From an uncultured cyanobacterium (GTDB lineage: Bacteria; Cyanobacteriota; Cyanobacteriia; CAKZMO01): 64,000 nucleotides of DNA. The position numbers and the translations under genes were made by a program. Location of the stretch: the NCBI GenBank assembly GCA_963719515.1, contig CAVRCJ010000015.1, positions 1 through 64,000 of the forward strand, read 5' to 3'. The notes beneath the pieces were generated by a model that saw nothing but the letters and a program-made list of their open reading frames with translations, was not told the DNA's origin and did no database searches. Each line of letters begins with the position of its first letter. Within the stretch, counting starts at the first letter, position 1. This document shows positions 9,352 to 19,260 of the stretch, in pieces.

Positions 9352-9810
9352 ATGACGATCACCCCCACATCCATCCCTCAAGCTGACCCTGCCCAAAACG
9401 ACTTAGACGGTGTTATCTTTCCTCCGGGGGACCTCTACAGCGACGAACCACCCTTGGAAAGTGACCTGCACCGCGACCAGATTAATCTACTGATTCGGCT
9501 CCTGCGATGGGCTTGGCAAGAGCGGCAGGATTTCTATGTGTCAGGAAACACCACGGTTTACTACAGCCCCGACCAGGTCAAGTCTCGCGACTTTAGAGGC
9601 CCAGACTTCTTTGTGGTGCTGGGAGCCGAGAAGAGTCCCCGCAAAAGCTGGGTCGTGTGGCAGGAGGGCGGCGTCTACCCTCACGTCATCATCGAACTGC
9701 TATCAAGCTCCACAGCCCAAGTAGACCGAGGGCTAAAGAAAGAGCTCTACCAGAATATCTTCCGCACTCCAGACTACTTCTGGTTTGACCCAGACTTATT
9801 GGAGTTTGAA
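9352..9810 (+). pseudogene. Uma2 family endonuclease truncated by IS insertion
   Basis: SDEPPLESDLH, FRGPDFFVV, RKSWVVWQE, IIELLSSST; ends at LEFE where element 2 starts. Confidence 0.8.
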
Positions 9811-9869
9811 CAGTGACGCGGCAGTCCCTAATCTCAGCGTAGCGGATTAGGGAAGGATAGCGGCGACCG

Positions 9870-10010
9870 CTAGGGAGCAATCTTAGGCAGTCGCCTCACG
9901 TACTCGCGAATTACTAAAGCGATACTCCAGCCCTTGTTATCTGCGTAAGCTTTCAACTTTTCAAATTCTTCATTGGTCATTCGTACTCTCAACATCTTGT
10001 CTAGCGGCAT
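9870..10010 (-). CDS. 46-aa ribbon-helix-helix protein, not in the ORF track
   Basis: Hand translation MPLDKMLRVRMTNEEFEKLKAYADNKGWSIALVIREYVRRLPKIAP*. Confidence 0.8.
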   Translation of the reverse strand: MPLDKMLRVRMTNEEFEKLKAYADNKGWSIALVIREYVRRLPKIAP

Positions 10011-10038
10011 ACTGCTACAACCGTGCTACAATAATTGC

Positions 10039-11283
10039 ATGCTAACACGACGTATCACCTACCGGCTATATCCGACCAAACGGCAGGGTAGTAGTCTGTT
10101 TGAGTGGAAACGTTTGCATTGCTATCTATACAATGCAGCGTTAGCTGACAGGCGCGACATGTATAAACGCTGGGGCATCAGTGTTGACTATTATGCTCAG
10201 CAGAATTGTTTGCCAGCGTTCAAGGCAGAATGGCCTGAATTTGCTGAGCTTGGCAGTCATGCGCTGCAAGCGACATTAAAGCGGGTTGACTTCGCATTTG
10301 AGCGGTTTTTCAAGGGACTTGGAGGATATCCAAAGTTTAAGGGAAACCGCTTTTATGCTGGCTGGACATATCCGTGTAAGGCGGGCTGGAAAGCGCTCAC
10401 CGAGGGCAAGCATGGTAGCTTGAAACTGTCTAACCTAGGCGTTATCAAGATGCGCGGCAACGCCCGCACATGGGGCACCCCTACCACTTGCACTATCTTC
10501 TGTCGGAATGGCAGGTGGTATACCAGCATCACGGTCAAATGCAACCCGGTGCGGGAGACAGGGACAGGCGCTATCGGTGTGGACCTGGGCTGCAAAGATG
10601 CCATATCGTTCTCGGACCGCACCAAAGAGCGCAAGCCTCAATTTATCGCCGAGGGCGACCGGGCCGTTAAGCGACTGAGCAAGTCCCTGCAAAGGAAGCG
10701 CCGCCCTGACCGGCGTGGTGGGGTGCGTGGCTCTCGCAGATGGAAAGCAGCGCAACAAAAGATTTCTAGTCGCAAGCGAACAGTGAAGCGCCAGCGCGAG
10801 GATTGGCTTCACCAGGTAACCAGCAGCATAGTACGCGATAACAGCCTAGTTGCTGGCGAACAACTCAACGTCAAGGGCATGACTCGCAAGGCCCAGAAGG
10901 GTAAGCGGAAAAAGCAAAAGGCCGGTCTCAACCGCTCTATCTTGTCGGTAGGGTTTGCCGAGATTGGCAAGCTGCTATCCTACAAAGAGGCTGAGGCGGG
11001 TGGATTCTATGTCGAGTCACCTACCCGGCAGCTTAAGCCTACTCAGCGGTGTGCTGTGTGCTGGCAGACGACGCCCAAGACTATGGCTGAGCGCACTCAC
11101 GTATGCCAGCACTGCGGTCATGTTGAGGACCGCGATACCAATGCTGCCCAGGTCAATCTGATTTGGGCCAAGGGGCAGGAACTGTCCTCAAGCCGTCGAG
11201 TATCAACCTCTACTGATTGCGGAAGCATGAAGCAAGTCGGTGCGTTGAAACGTGCGAAACGTCTAGCTCACCCTTGCGGCTAG
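10039..11283 (+). CDS. tnpB: RNA-guided endonuclease TnpB
   Basis: RRITYRLYPT; GVDLG, AGEQLNVKGM, DRDTNAA; CAVC/CQHC zinc finger. Confidence 0.95.
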   Translation: MLTRRITYRLYPTKRQGSSLFEWKRLHCYLYNAALADRRDMYKRWGISVDYYAQQNCLPAFKAEWPEFAELGSHALQATLKRVDFAFERFFKGLGGYPKFKGNRFYAGWTYPCKAGWKALTEGKHGSLKLSNLGVIKMRGNARTWGTPTTCTIFCRNGRWYTSITVKCNPVRETGTGAIGVDLGCKDAISFSDRTKERKPQFIAEGDRAVKRLSKSLQRKRRPDRRGGVRGSRRWKAAQQKISSRKRTVKRQREDWLHQVTSSIVRDNSLVAGEQLNVKGMTRKAQKGKRKKQKAGLNRSILSVGFAEIGKLLSYKEAEAGGFYVESPTRQLKPTQRCAVCWQTTPKTMAERTHVCQHCGHVEDRDTNAAQVNLIWAKGQELSSSRRVSTSTDCGSMKQVGALKRAKRLAHPCG

Positions 11284-11320
11284 ACGTAGTTCATGCCTTT
11301 CGTTTTGCCAGGAATAGACA

Positions 11321-13228
11321 ATGATCCCACTAGTCGTGATTTGGACATTTTTGGTGCTGTTGTGTCATGGGCACGGTCTGTGGCTACTGCAGGTTCTCAA
11401 TCTTAGTACTGCTGAGCGCAGCTACTGTGAATACAACACCCCTGCCAAATTTATTGTCTCAACCTGGATGGGTGCAGTTTCGCTCTCTGCTATCTTGCTG
11501 GCCCTTTCCCTGTTTTTTCCGCTTTCCCCCCCTGTTTTTTACTGGGTCTCAGTAATTCTGGGCGGAATATCGGCTTTTTCGCCCTCTACAAGGAGAGCCC
11601 TCAACCATTATCGCCGCACCTTTTCCTTATCTTGGCTCGCCGGATGGGTAACGCTACTCATTTTTGTGGCCTTTATTTCAACGGCTCAGGTTACCTTTTA
11701 CGATGCGGGCCTCTATCACTTTCAGCTAATTCGATGGTTGTCAGAATTTGGGACGACTTCTGGTCTCGCGCTGCTCCACAGCCGCTTCGGATTTACCTCC
11801 GCTTGGTTTGCCCTAGCAGCCCCATTTGACGCAGGATGGCTAGACGCTAGGGCCGCGACGATTACCGGCGGCTTTGTCCTTCTCCTCTCTATCAGTCACG
11901 TCGCAATCAGCGTTCAAAACGTTGTTGAGCGCAGCGATCGCGTTTCAGATTGGTTCTTAATTATTGCCACTTTTATCTATTTGCCTTACCTGGTCAACTG
12001 GCGGTTAGCGATCTCATCATCTCCAGACGTCCCTGTCACGGCCTTAATTGTAGAAACCGCTTGGCTAATGCTGGTGATTGCTAACGTAGATCGGGAAAAG
12101 ACTACGGCATCAAGCTCGGGGCAAGCTACAGAGCAAATTGTAGAGCAGACTCCGGAGCAGTCCACAGGACAGATCCCAGAACTAAGCGTTCACCGGCCAA
12201 ATATAGCAATTCTCCCCGTTATTCTGTCGGCAGGCGCAATGACCATCAAGCTGAGCGCCCTGCCGCTGGCTCTAGGCTCTATCGTTTTCTACGGCTTCCA
12301 ATCCTTTCCAATCAAAGCCCTTCGCATAGCCAAAGGTCTGGCGATCGCGGCGCTAATCGTAATGCCTTTACTGCTAGCGAACCTAAAATCGTCTGGGTGT
12401 CCGCTCTATCCATCGCCGCTATTCTGTACTACCTTGCCGTGGTCTGTCGGCGCTGAGCAGGCCGACACAATGTCTGCTTTAATTCAAGACTGGGCGCGGT
12501 GGATAGGCCCGATTCCAGAAAATGCCGAGCAGGTTAACTGGCTGGTTCGATGGCTGACGATTCAACGAGAGGCCACGTTGCTGATCGGTGCTTCGCTTTT
12601 TTCGGCAGCGGTTCTGTGGTTTGTTCCGGGGCAGAAAAAGACTTATGGGAAGCTCGCTCTCGTTGCGCTGGCGCTGATGGGCATCGCTTTTATGCTGTAT
12701 AAAGCCCCAGGCACGCGATTCGGGCTAGGATTTTTGGCCATCCTGCCGTCCTTATTAATTGCGCTGGTGGTTCAAGTAAGATTCGCGCTGGGGATTTTTC
12801 TATTTTTAGCCCTTTGTTTGATCTTTTACGCGCTTCAGATGAACAAGCTAGACGGAGCGCTGATGCTGCTCACCTCTACGATGGTTCTATACCTGGGATT
12901 CCTGACCGTTCGCCTCAACCAAAAGGAAAACAAACCCGCTCAATTTATTCTACTGCCGCTGCTTTTAGCGATCGTCGCCCTATTTCCCACAAGCCCCTAT
13001 TTACGCCGAACTGGTGAGAATCTGCAGCGCGTTGTTCTTCCCCCCTCTGTGCAGGTGCCGACGTTCACCAGAGTTGAAGCGGACAATTTCGTTTACTACA
13101 AGCCTTTAGAGTCTGATCAGTGCTGGGCTGCCCCTATCCCCTGCACGCCCTATCTTGCGGGGGATGATGTACGATTGCGCAAAATAGGCTTGGGGCTGAA
13201 GGGCGGCTTTAGACGCCAGCTTCAGTGA
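11321..13228 (+). CDS. Large polytopic membrane protein (LIC_10190-like, possible GT-C fold)
   Basis: Many TM helices; YDAGLYH, GLALLHSRFGFTSAWF, SSSPDVP, SGCPLYP, DQCWAAPIPCTP. Confidence 0.65.
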   Translation: MIPLVVIWTFLVLLCHGHGLWLLQVLNLSTAERSYCEYNTPAKFIVSTWMGAVSLSAILLALSLFFPLSPPVFYWVSVILGGISAFSPSTRRALNHYRRTFSLSWLAGWVTLLIFVAFISTAQVTFYDAGLYHFQLIRWLSEFGTTSGLALLHSRFGFTSAWFALAAPFDAGWLDARAATITGGFVLLLSISHVAISVQNVVERSDRVSDWFLIIATFIYLPYLVNWRLAISSSPDVPVTALIVETAWLMLVIANVDREKTTASSSGQATEQIVEQTPEQSTGQIPELSVHRPNIAILPVILSAGAMTIKLSALPLALGSIVFYGFQSFPIKALRIAKGLAIAALIVMPLLLANLKSSGCPLYPSPLFCTTLPWSVGAEQADTMSALIQDWARWIGPIPENAEQVNWLVRWLTIQREATLLIGASLFSAAVLWFVPGQKKTYGKLALVALALMGIAFMLYKAPGTRFGLGFLAILPSLLIALVVQVRFALGIFLFLALCLIFYALQMNKLDGALMLLTSTMVLYLGFLTVRLNQKENKPAQFILLPLLLAIVALFPTSPYLRRTGENLQRVVLPPSVQVPTFTRVEADNFVYYKPLESDQCWAAPIPCTPYLAGDDVRLRKIGLGLKGGFRRQLQ

Positions 13229-13321
13229 TTTTGAGCCGAAAAAGCGGAGGTTGAGGTAGACTCTATCCCAATGGTTATTAACTTTGTCTCCAAATTGAGA
13301 ACGATACCTACCGAGTGAGGA

Positions 13322-14155
13322 ATGAGCATGAGCTTAAAACTGTCTGTTGTCATCCCCGTCTACAACGAAATCCACACTATCGACACCGTTCTGAGCAAAG
13401 TGGTTCAGGCCATCCCTCACGTGCCCAAAGAACTTGTGCTTGTAGACGACGGGTCAAAAGACGGCACGCGGGAGTGGTTGATGAGCACCTTTGGGGATCC
13501 GCGAGAAGCCCCTTTTCAGGTCACCTTACCGCCTGATCACGCCATTTTGAGGCCCGATGATACTGATACTGATGTAGCAGCAGCTCGCGGGGCAACGGCG
13601 ATCGCCACACTCGACTACGCCCCCGTCACCGTCAAGGTTGTCTTTCACAAGCAAAATCAGGGCAAAGGGGCGGCATTACGCACTGGGTTTGAAGAGGCTT
13701 CCGGCGACGTCATCATTATTCAAGACGCCGACTTAGAGTACGACCCTCAAGACTGGACGCAGATGTGGCGGCTGATTGCCGAAGGAAAAGCCGATATCGT
13801 GTACGGCTCCCGCTTCTACGGTAATCCCCACCGCGTACTCTACTTTCATCATCTGATGGGCAATAAAGTTATCTCCGCCCTGGTCGATCTCACCTGTAAC
13901 ACGACTTTAAGCGACATCGAAGTCTGCTATAAGATGTTCCGCCGCGAAGTGCTCGACGGCATCGTTCTCACCTGTAACGACTTCGGCTTCGAGGTGGAAT
14001 TTACCATGAAGGTCGCCCGCTCTCGACGCCGCTGGCGCATGTACGAGATGGGCATCTCTTACTACGGGCGCTCCTACGACGAAGGGAAGAAGATCAACTG
14101 GAAAGACGGGGTCAAGGCGCTTTGGTATATTCTAAAGTTCTGGCTGACCAAGTAG
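13322..14155 (+). CDS. GT2 polyprenol-phosphate glycosyltransferase (DPM synthase-like)
   Basis: SVVIPVYNE, VDDGSKDGT, NQGKGAA, IQDADLEYDP, EGKKINWKDG. Confidence 0.92.
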   Translation: MSMSLKLSVVIPVYNEIHTIDTVLSKVVQAIPHVPKELVLVDDGSKDGTREWLMSTFGDPREAPFQVTLPPDHAILRPDDTDTDVAAARGATAIATLDYAPVTVKVVFHKQNQGKGAALRTGFEEASGDVIIIQDADLEYDPQDWTQMWRLIAEGKADIVYGSRFYGNPHRVLYFHHLMGNKVISALVDLTCNTTLSDIEVCYKMFRREVLDGIVLTCNDFGFEVEFTMKVARSRRRWRMYEMGISYYGRSYDEGKKINWKDGVKALWYILKFWLTK

Positions 14156-14213
14156 TGACCCACAGCGCTGTCAGTGCTGTCAGAGCATCCGTTTAAACCA
14201 CAGACAACGCGAT

Positions 14214-15245
14214 ATGCCGCAACACCCCCACACAGCGCGACAGGCAGCGAAGGCAGCGCAACAGGCCGAGCGACCTAGAACCTCTTCAGACAAGGCAAGG
14301 TCGCCCCTGCGAACAGGACTTCAGGGCCTGCTCGGCGTCGCTGTCGGCGTCCTTTTCCTATGGCTCGCGTTTCGAAATACGACTTGGCAGCAGGTCCAGT
14401 CTATTCTCAGCAGCATCAACTCTGGGTGGCTGGCGATCGCCATCGTCACCTACGGCATCGACCTCTGTATTCGCATCAGCCGCTGGCGGCACTTGCTCAA
14501 AGACGTCAAGCAGCTCTCCTTCAACGCCGTTGGCAAGGCGCTTCTAGTCGGTTACGCCATGAACAACGTCCTGCCCGCCCGGTTGGGAGAGCTAGTCCGC
14601 GCCAATTTTACGGGACATCGCTACGGCATATCGCGCACAGCCGTCATTGCCTCTATCGCCATCGAGCGGGCCCTAGACGGGCTGATCGTCATTGGCTGCC
14701 TCGTGGTGGGGCGGCTCTTTGTGGCCGATAGCGCCGTGCTGAACCGCCTGCTGATGGGGGGGAGCGTTCTATTTTTAGGCGTCTTTTGCCTACTGTGGGT
14801 GACGAGCCGCAGCTCATCAGGGCTGCTCCGCCGCCTCCCCAAACCCCTACAGCAGAAGTTCCTGAGCTTTCAGCAGGGACTATCGGCGATGCAGGGCGGG
14901 AAGCTGGGCTGGGCGATCGCTCTCTCAAGCGTGATCTGGATCTTCGAGGGTTTGGCGCTTTGGGCCATGCTGAATGCAGTCGGGGTTTTTCTGGGCTGGC
15001 AGCAGATGCTGTCGGTCATCGGCGTGGTCAGCCTCAGCACGCTTCTACCCTCGCCTCCCGGCTTTGTCGGAACCTATCAATATGCCTTCTCGCTTATCGT
15101 GGGCTTAATGGGATATTCCGCCGCCCAGGGAATCGCTGCAGCGACCGCAACGCAGATTGTTCTACTTGGGAGCGTCACCCTAATCGGATTAGGACTCTAC
15201 ATTTACACCCATCTTTCAACCCTGGAGGCACCTCATGACCGCTAA
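14214..15245 (+). CDS. Lysylphosphatidylglycerol synthase TM-domain / flippase-like protein (UPF0104)
   Basis: NNVLPARLGELVR, IERALD, LPSPPGFVGTYQ. Confidence 0.88.
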   Translation: MPQHPHTARQAAKAAQQAERPRTSSDKARSPLRTGLQGLLGVAVGVLFLWLAFRNTTWQQVQSILSSINSGWLAIAIVTYGIDLCIRISRWRHLLKDVKQLSFNAVGKALLVGYAMNNVLPARLGELVRANFTGHRYGISRTAVIASIAIERALDGLIVIGCLVVGRLFVADSAVLNRLLMGGSVLFLGVFCLLWVTSRSSSGLLRRLPKPLQQKFLSFQQGLSAMQGGKLGWAIALSSVIWIFEGLALWAMLNAVGVFLGWQQMLSVIGVVSLSTLLPSPPGFVGTYQYAFSLIVGLMGYSAAQGIAAATATQIVLLGSVTLIGLGLYIYTHLSTLEAPHDR

Positions 15246-15930
15246 CGCCCAAACCTTCTGGCTCGAAAACCTCAAGTCTGCCAGCAACTACAACCACTGG
15301 ATCTTCTCTCAAATTCGGCCCTTCCTCGGGGCCAAAGTTATGGAGGTGGGGTGCGGCAACGGTAACTTCTCGGTCTTGCTGGCGAAGCACTGCGAGCACC
15401 TCGTGGCGCTGGACCTAGATAAAACCTACGTCGAAATGACCCAGGCGCGACTCAACAATTGCTCCCACGTTGAGGTATCAGTGGCGGACGCCACGGCTTT
15501 GGGCCAATCCCGCACTTTCGACAGCATCGTCATGCTGGACGTGCTGGAGCATATTGAGGATGACGTCACCACCCTGGCCAAGCTGGGGCAGTGCCTGCGG
15601 CCCGGCGGCAATCTCATTATCAAAGTTCCCGCGCTGCAGAGTCTCTACAGCCCGATGGATGCGGCCATCGGGCACTACCGTCGCTATCACCGGGATACCC
15701 TCACCCAGGTCTTTCACAAGGCCGGGGTGCCGGCCAAAAAGGTCTGGTACTTCAACGTGGCAGGAATTCCCGGCTGGTGGCTCAACGGCAGCCTACTCAA
15801 GCGGACGACGCCGCCTTCTAGTCAGGTGGGACTGTTTGACAAGGTGGTGCCGGTGCTAGAGGCGCTTGAGGACGTCGTGCCGGTGCCGGTAGGGCTATCG
15901 CTGTTTGCGGTTGGGCAGACAGCAGGCTAG
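15235..15930 (+). CDS. Class I SAM-dependent methyltransferase
   Basis: MEVGCGNG, DVLEHIEDD, VPA...D...GHYRRY. Confidence 0.9.
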   Translation: MTANAQTFWLENLKSASNYNHWIFSQIRPFLGAKVMEVGCGNGNFSVLLAKHCEHLVALDLDKTYVEMTQARLNNCSHVEVSVADATALGQSRTFDSIVMLDVLEHIEDDVTTLAKLGQCLRPGGNLIIKVPALQSLYSPMDAAIGHYRRYHRDTLTQVFHKAGVPAKKVWYFNVAGIPGWWLNGSLLKRTTPPSSQVGLFDKVVPVLEALEDVVPVPVGLSLFAVGQTAG

Positions 15931-15937
15931 CAAAAAA

Positions 15938-16318
15938 TTAGCCGGAAAAGTGCTGCGTGACCACGTCCCAGCGGGAGCAGCGCCAGTAGTCTATGTGGGA
16001 GGCGATTAGCCCCGCGTCGTTTAGCGTCAGCTCGCTCCAGCCGGGAATGGCGATGCGGGGCTGCCAGGGCAGGGGCGTCGTCCAGCTTAAGGTCCAGTCG
16101 GTGCGGATAGCCTGCCCCTGCTGGTCAATATTGTGCAGATCCATCCGGGGCTGCTGAAACCACTGGTCAATGAAGCCAATCATCTCGCGGTAGCGATCGC
16201 AGCCGCGAAATTCGTTCATCGGGTCTTTGAAGTGGACGTCCTCGGCGTAGAGGTCGTAGGACTGGTCTTTGGGAAAGCGGGCGTAGTCGGCTTTGAGGCG
16301 CTCTACAACGTCTGTCAT
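15938..16318 (-). CDS. DUF2358 (SnoaL/NTF2-like) protein
   Basis: YAEDVHFKDPMNEFRG, WTTPLPWQPRI, SHIDYW. Confidence 0.85.
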   Translation of the reverse strand: MTDVVERLKADYARFPKDQSYDLYAEDVHFKDPMNEFRGCDRYREMIGFIDQWFQQPRMDLHNIDQQGQAIRTDWTLSWTTPLPWQPRIAIPGWSELTLNDAGLIASHIDYWRCSRWDVVTQHFSG

Positions 16319-16326
16319 TTCTTATC

Positions 16327-16896
16327 TCACTGCTCCTGTTCTTCGTCCCACAGCCGCTTCAGCTGATATTTCCAAGCCTCCATCACCGACTCTCGCTCTT
16401 CAGCAGACTGCTCCATCTCCCCCATCACCCCCTCTTGATAAAACCGATCTAGGGTTTGAAGCGTTGCCTCTAGAGACTGGCCCTGCTGCTTCGCGGCCTG
16501 GACAATTTGGCGGATTTGAATTTCGGCAAAGCGACTAAAGCTATCGCCGATGCCCCGCTCCTTGAGGATGATTAAGCGAGCCAAGGCCGCCTTAAAGTCA
16601 TCCACATCAAGGGTAGGCAGCGCATGCTGAAAAATGCCCCACAGCACGTTTTGATACAGGGCGTAGCGAGTCTCTTGCGTATCGTCGAAGTTTGCCTCTA
16701 GCAGCTGGGCCATAAACGGCCGGGCCTCGGGTTCGGGGGCGATAGAGACCAGGGTTCTTAGCCAGGATTGATCTTCCGAGACAAGCACGAGCAATCGGGA
16801 GCGATCGCTTTCCACCTGCCAGGTCTCCGGCGGCTGGGCCTTCACGTCGTCACCAAATAGATCGGTCAGGGCGGTGGTGATATCGTCGGGGGTCAT
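16327..16896 (-). CDS. YbjN/CesT-like chaperone-fold protein
   Basis: LLEANFDDTQETRYAL pattern of a cyanobacterial family. Confidence 0.6.
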   Translation of the reverse strand: MTPDDITTALTDLFGDDVKAQPPETWQVESDRSRLLVLVSEDQSWLRTLVSIAPEPEARPFMAQLLEANFDDTQETRYALYQNVLWGIFQHALPTLDVDDFKAALARLIILKERGIGDSFSRFAEIQIRQIVQAAKQQGQSLEATLQTLDRFYQEGVMGEMEQSAEERESVMEAWKYQLKRLWDEEQEQ

Positions 16897-17027
16897 AACT
16901 CAAAACTTTGATGTACGACAAACCTTAGCAAAGATTATGGCGACGCCGCACCTATCCCAAAGGGCAAACCAGACTCAGCAGAATTGATATATTGAAAATC
17001 ACGACGCGCCCTTTATAGAAATTTGCC

Positions 17028-18512
17028 ATGCTCGAACGGGCTCCCATCGCGGTTACGTTCTTTACCGCCATCGCTTTATTTATTGCCGTCGGACTGTACT
17101 CAGGAACCCGCAAGCAAGACACCACAGAAGACTATTTACTCGCAGGGCGAGACGTAAACCCCTGGTTTACCGCTCTGTCCGCAGTGGCCACCGGCAACAG
17201 CGGCTTTATGTTCATCGGGCTGATTGGCTTCACCTACCAGATGGGGCTCTCGGCCCTCTGGATTACAGCGGGCCATATCGTGGGAGATACGCTGGCCTGG
17301 CTGACGGTGCACCAGCGCCTGCGGCGGGTCTCGGGGGAAACTAAGTCAGAAACCGTGTCGTCGTTTTTGGGGCAGGGGGTGTCTGGGGAGCGCTGGGTGA
17401 CGCCGGTGTCAGCGCTAATTACCCTTGGTTTTTTGGGCATCTACGCGGCGGCGCAGCTGCAGGCGGGAAGTAAGGCGCTCACCGCACTGTTCGACTGGCC
17501 CACCGGCGGGGGCATTGCCTTTGGGGCAGTGGTGGTCGCCCTCTACTGCGTCGCGGGGGGCATTCGCGCTTCCATTTGGGTGGGGTCGGTGCAGTCGGTG
17601 CTGATGATGGTGTCGATGATCGCGCTGGCAGCCGTCGCGATCGCCAGCTGTGGGGGGCTAAGCGGTCTGTGGGCGCAGCTCCAGGACATCGACCCCGGTT
17701 TAGTGAGCCTAGCGCCCTCGGGACTGGCCTTTGGCGCGGTGCCCTTCGTGCTCGCCTGGACGGTGTCGGGCTTTGGGGTGGTGGGGCAGCCTCACATCAT
17801 GGTGCGGGCCATGACCATCGAGTCGGTGGAAGGGGTAAGCGCCGCGCGCAACGTTTATTTGCTGTTCAACGCCGTCTTTTCGGTAGCGGCGGTGGTGGTG
17901 GGACTGACGGCCCGGGTGCTGCTGCCGGAGCTAGCGCTGGGGGACGCAGAGCTAGCGCTGCCAGAGCTGGCCATGACGCTGCTGCCCGCTGTGCTGGTGG
18001 GGCTGGTGCTGGTGGGGCTATTTTCCGCCACCATTTCCACCGCTGACGCCCAGCTGCTGTCCTGCTCGGCGGCCTTGACCCAAGACCTGCTGCCCCGCTC
18101 GTGGGTCAAGGCGACCCCTTACCGGGCGGCTAGGCTAGGCACCCTGCTGATGGTGGTGGTGGTGGTAGGGATTGCGCTGGTGAGCACCGACAGCGTCTTT
18201 GTGCTGGTAACTTTTGCCTGGGCGGCGCTGGCCGCTAGCCTGGGGACGGTGATGGTGGTGCGGGTGATGCAGTGGCGGCTCACTGGATGGGTTGCTATTG
18301 CGATGATGATCAGCGGCATTGGAACGGCGCTAGTCTGGCGGGTGGGGCTGCACCTGTCGGCAGATCTGTACGAGGTGCTGCCCGGCATGGCGGTCAGCGG
18401 CCTGGTCTATGTCTTGGCGAGACCGTTTTTAAGGCCGCAACCGAACCAGAACGCTACCGCTTTCTCCAAAGGGGTATTGCCCAGCCGCGACGGGCACAGT
18501 CAGATAGGGTAA
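17028..18512 (+). CDS. Sodium:solute (proline-type) symporter
   Basis: DYLLAGR, ALSAVATGNSGFMFIG, GQPHIMVR, SATISTADAQLL; about 13 TM helices. Confidence 0.88.
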   Translation: MLERAPIAVTFFTAIALFIAVGLYSGTRKQDTTEDYLLAGRDVNPWFTALSAVATGNSGFMFIGLIGFTYQMGLSALWITAGHIVGDTLAWLTVHQRLRRVSGETKSETVSSFLGQGVSGERWVTPVSALITLGFLGIYAAAQLQAGSKALTALFDWPTGGGIAFGAVVVALYCVAGGIRASIWVGSVQSVLMMVSMIALAAVAIASCGGLSGLWAQLQDIDPGLVSLAPSGLAFGAVPFVLAWTVSGFGVVGQPHIMVRAMTIESVEGVSAARNVYLLFNAVFSVAAVVVGLTARVLLPELALGDAELALPELAMTLLPAVLVGLVLVGLFSATISTADAQLLSCSAALTQDLLPRSWVKATPYRAARLGTLLMVVVVVGIALVSTDSVFVLVTFAWAALAASLGTVMVVRVMQWRLTGWVAIAMMISGIGTALVWRVGLHLSADLYEVLPGMAVSGLVYVLARPFLRPQPNQNATAFSKGVLPSRDGHSQIG

Positions 18513-18556
18513 CGTTACTGATGTAGCGTTTTGGACTTCGCCTAGGGGTCTTGTGG

Positions 18557-19171
18557 ATGAACCAGATCGATCTAATTATCTTGGTGGTTTACACCATCAC
18601 CGTTATTTTGGTGCTCAAGCGGGCAATTGAGTCGGTGGACCAGGTGACGGCGATCGCCTTTAATAAGGCTGCGCTGCAGGAGGCCCTCAAAGAGCGGAAG
18701 CTGGCGGGTAAGCTGGGGGTGTCTTTTGCGCTGCCGGGTCGCTATCCTCTGGGGTCGCAGCCTAAAGAGCTGGCGGTGATCATCGCCAATAAGCTAGAGC
18801 GCGCTATCTACATCGACTGGGACCGCAGCACCTTCACCGACCTCAAGGGGCGATCGCGCCGCGTCATTCGCCTCAGCTCCAACAAAGGCGCGCAAATCAA
18901 CGCGCCCCAAGTGCTAAGTCCGATTCCACCGGGACGCACTCTGGAGGAGAAAATCACGGCAGAAGATACCCTAGTGCGTGACGGGGATGGGGTGAAGGTC
19001 AAAAAGCCGCTGATCAACATTAAAAGGCTGGCGGAGGAAGAGTCTGTGAACTTTTCCCTTTGGCTGGTCGTCCACCTGCAGGAGACCGATGAGTTCGACG
19101 ATCGCACCTGCGTATTGCCCTGCGAGTTTACGGTGCGCCGCTGCCCCTGGACCGATAGCCTGCCGTTTTAG
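18557..19171 (+). CDS. Hypothetical protein with N-terminal TM helix
   Basis: Long ORF; IYIDWDRST motif. Confidence 0.65.
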   Translation: MNQIDLIILVVYTITVILVLKRAIESVDQVTAIAFNKAALQEALKERKLAGKLGVSFALPGRYPLGSQPKELAVIIANKLERAIYIDWDRSTFTDLKGRSRRVIRLSSNKGAQINAPQVLSPIPPGRTLEEKITAEDTLVRDGDGVKVKKPLINIKRLAEEESVNFSLWLVVHLQETDEFDDRTCVLPCEFTVRRCPWTDSLPF

Positions 19172-19260
19172 GTCAGGCGCTGTTAGGGGGGCAGGATTTG
19201 GCTTATCCTAATAACGAAAATCCAAGACTATCCGCTGCCTTCAGACAATAGAGGAGCCCT

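Larger units (their letters stand above)
9811..11294 (+). mobile_element. IS200/IS605-family (no tnpA) element 2: RHH gene plus tnpB
   Basis: Preceded by TTGAA; left hairpin CCCTAATC...GATTAGGG; right hairpin CGTCTAGC...GCTAGACG then TAGTTCAT; the Uma2 frame resumes after it (AFRF). Confidence 0.8.
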
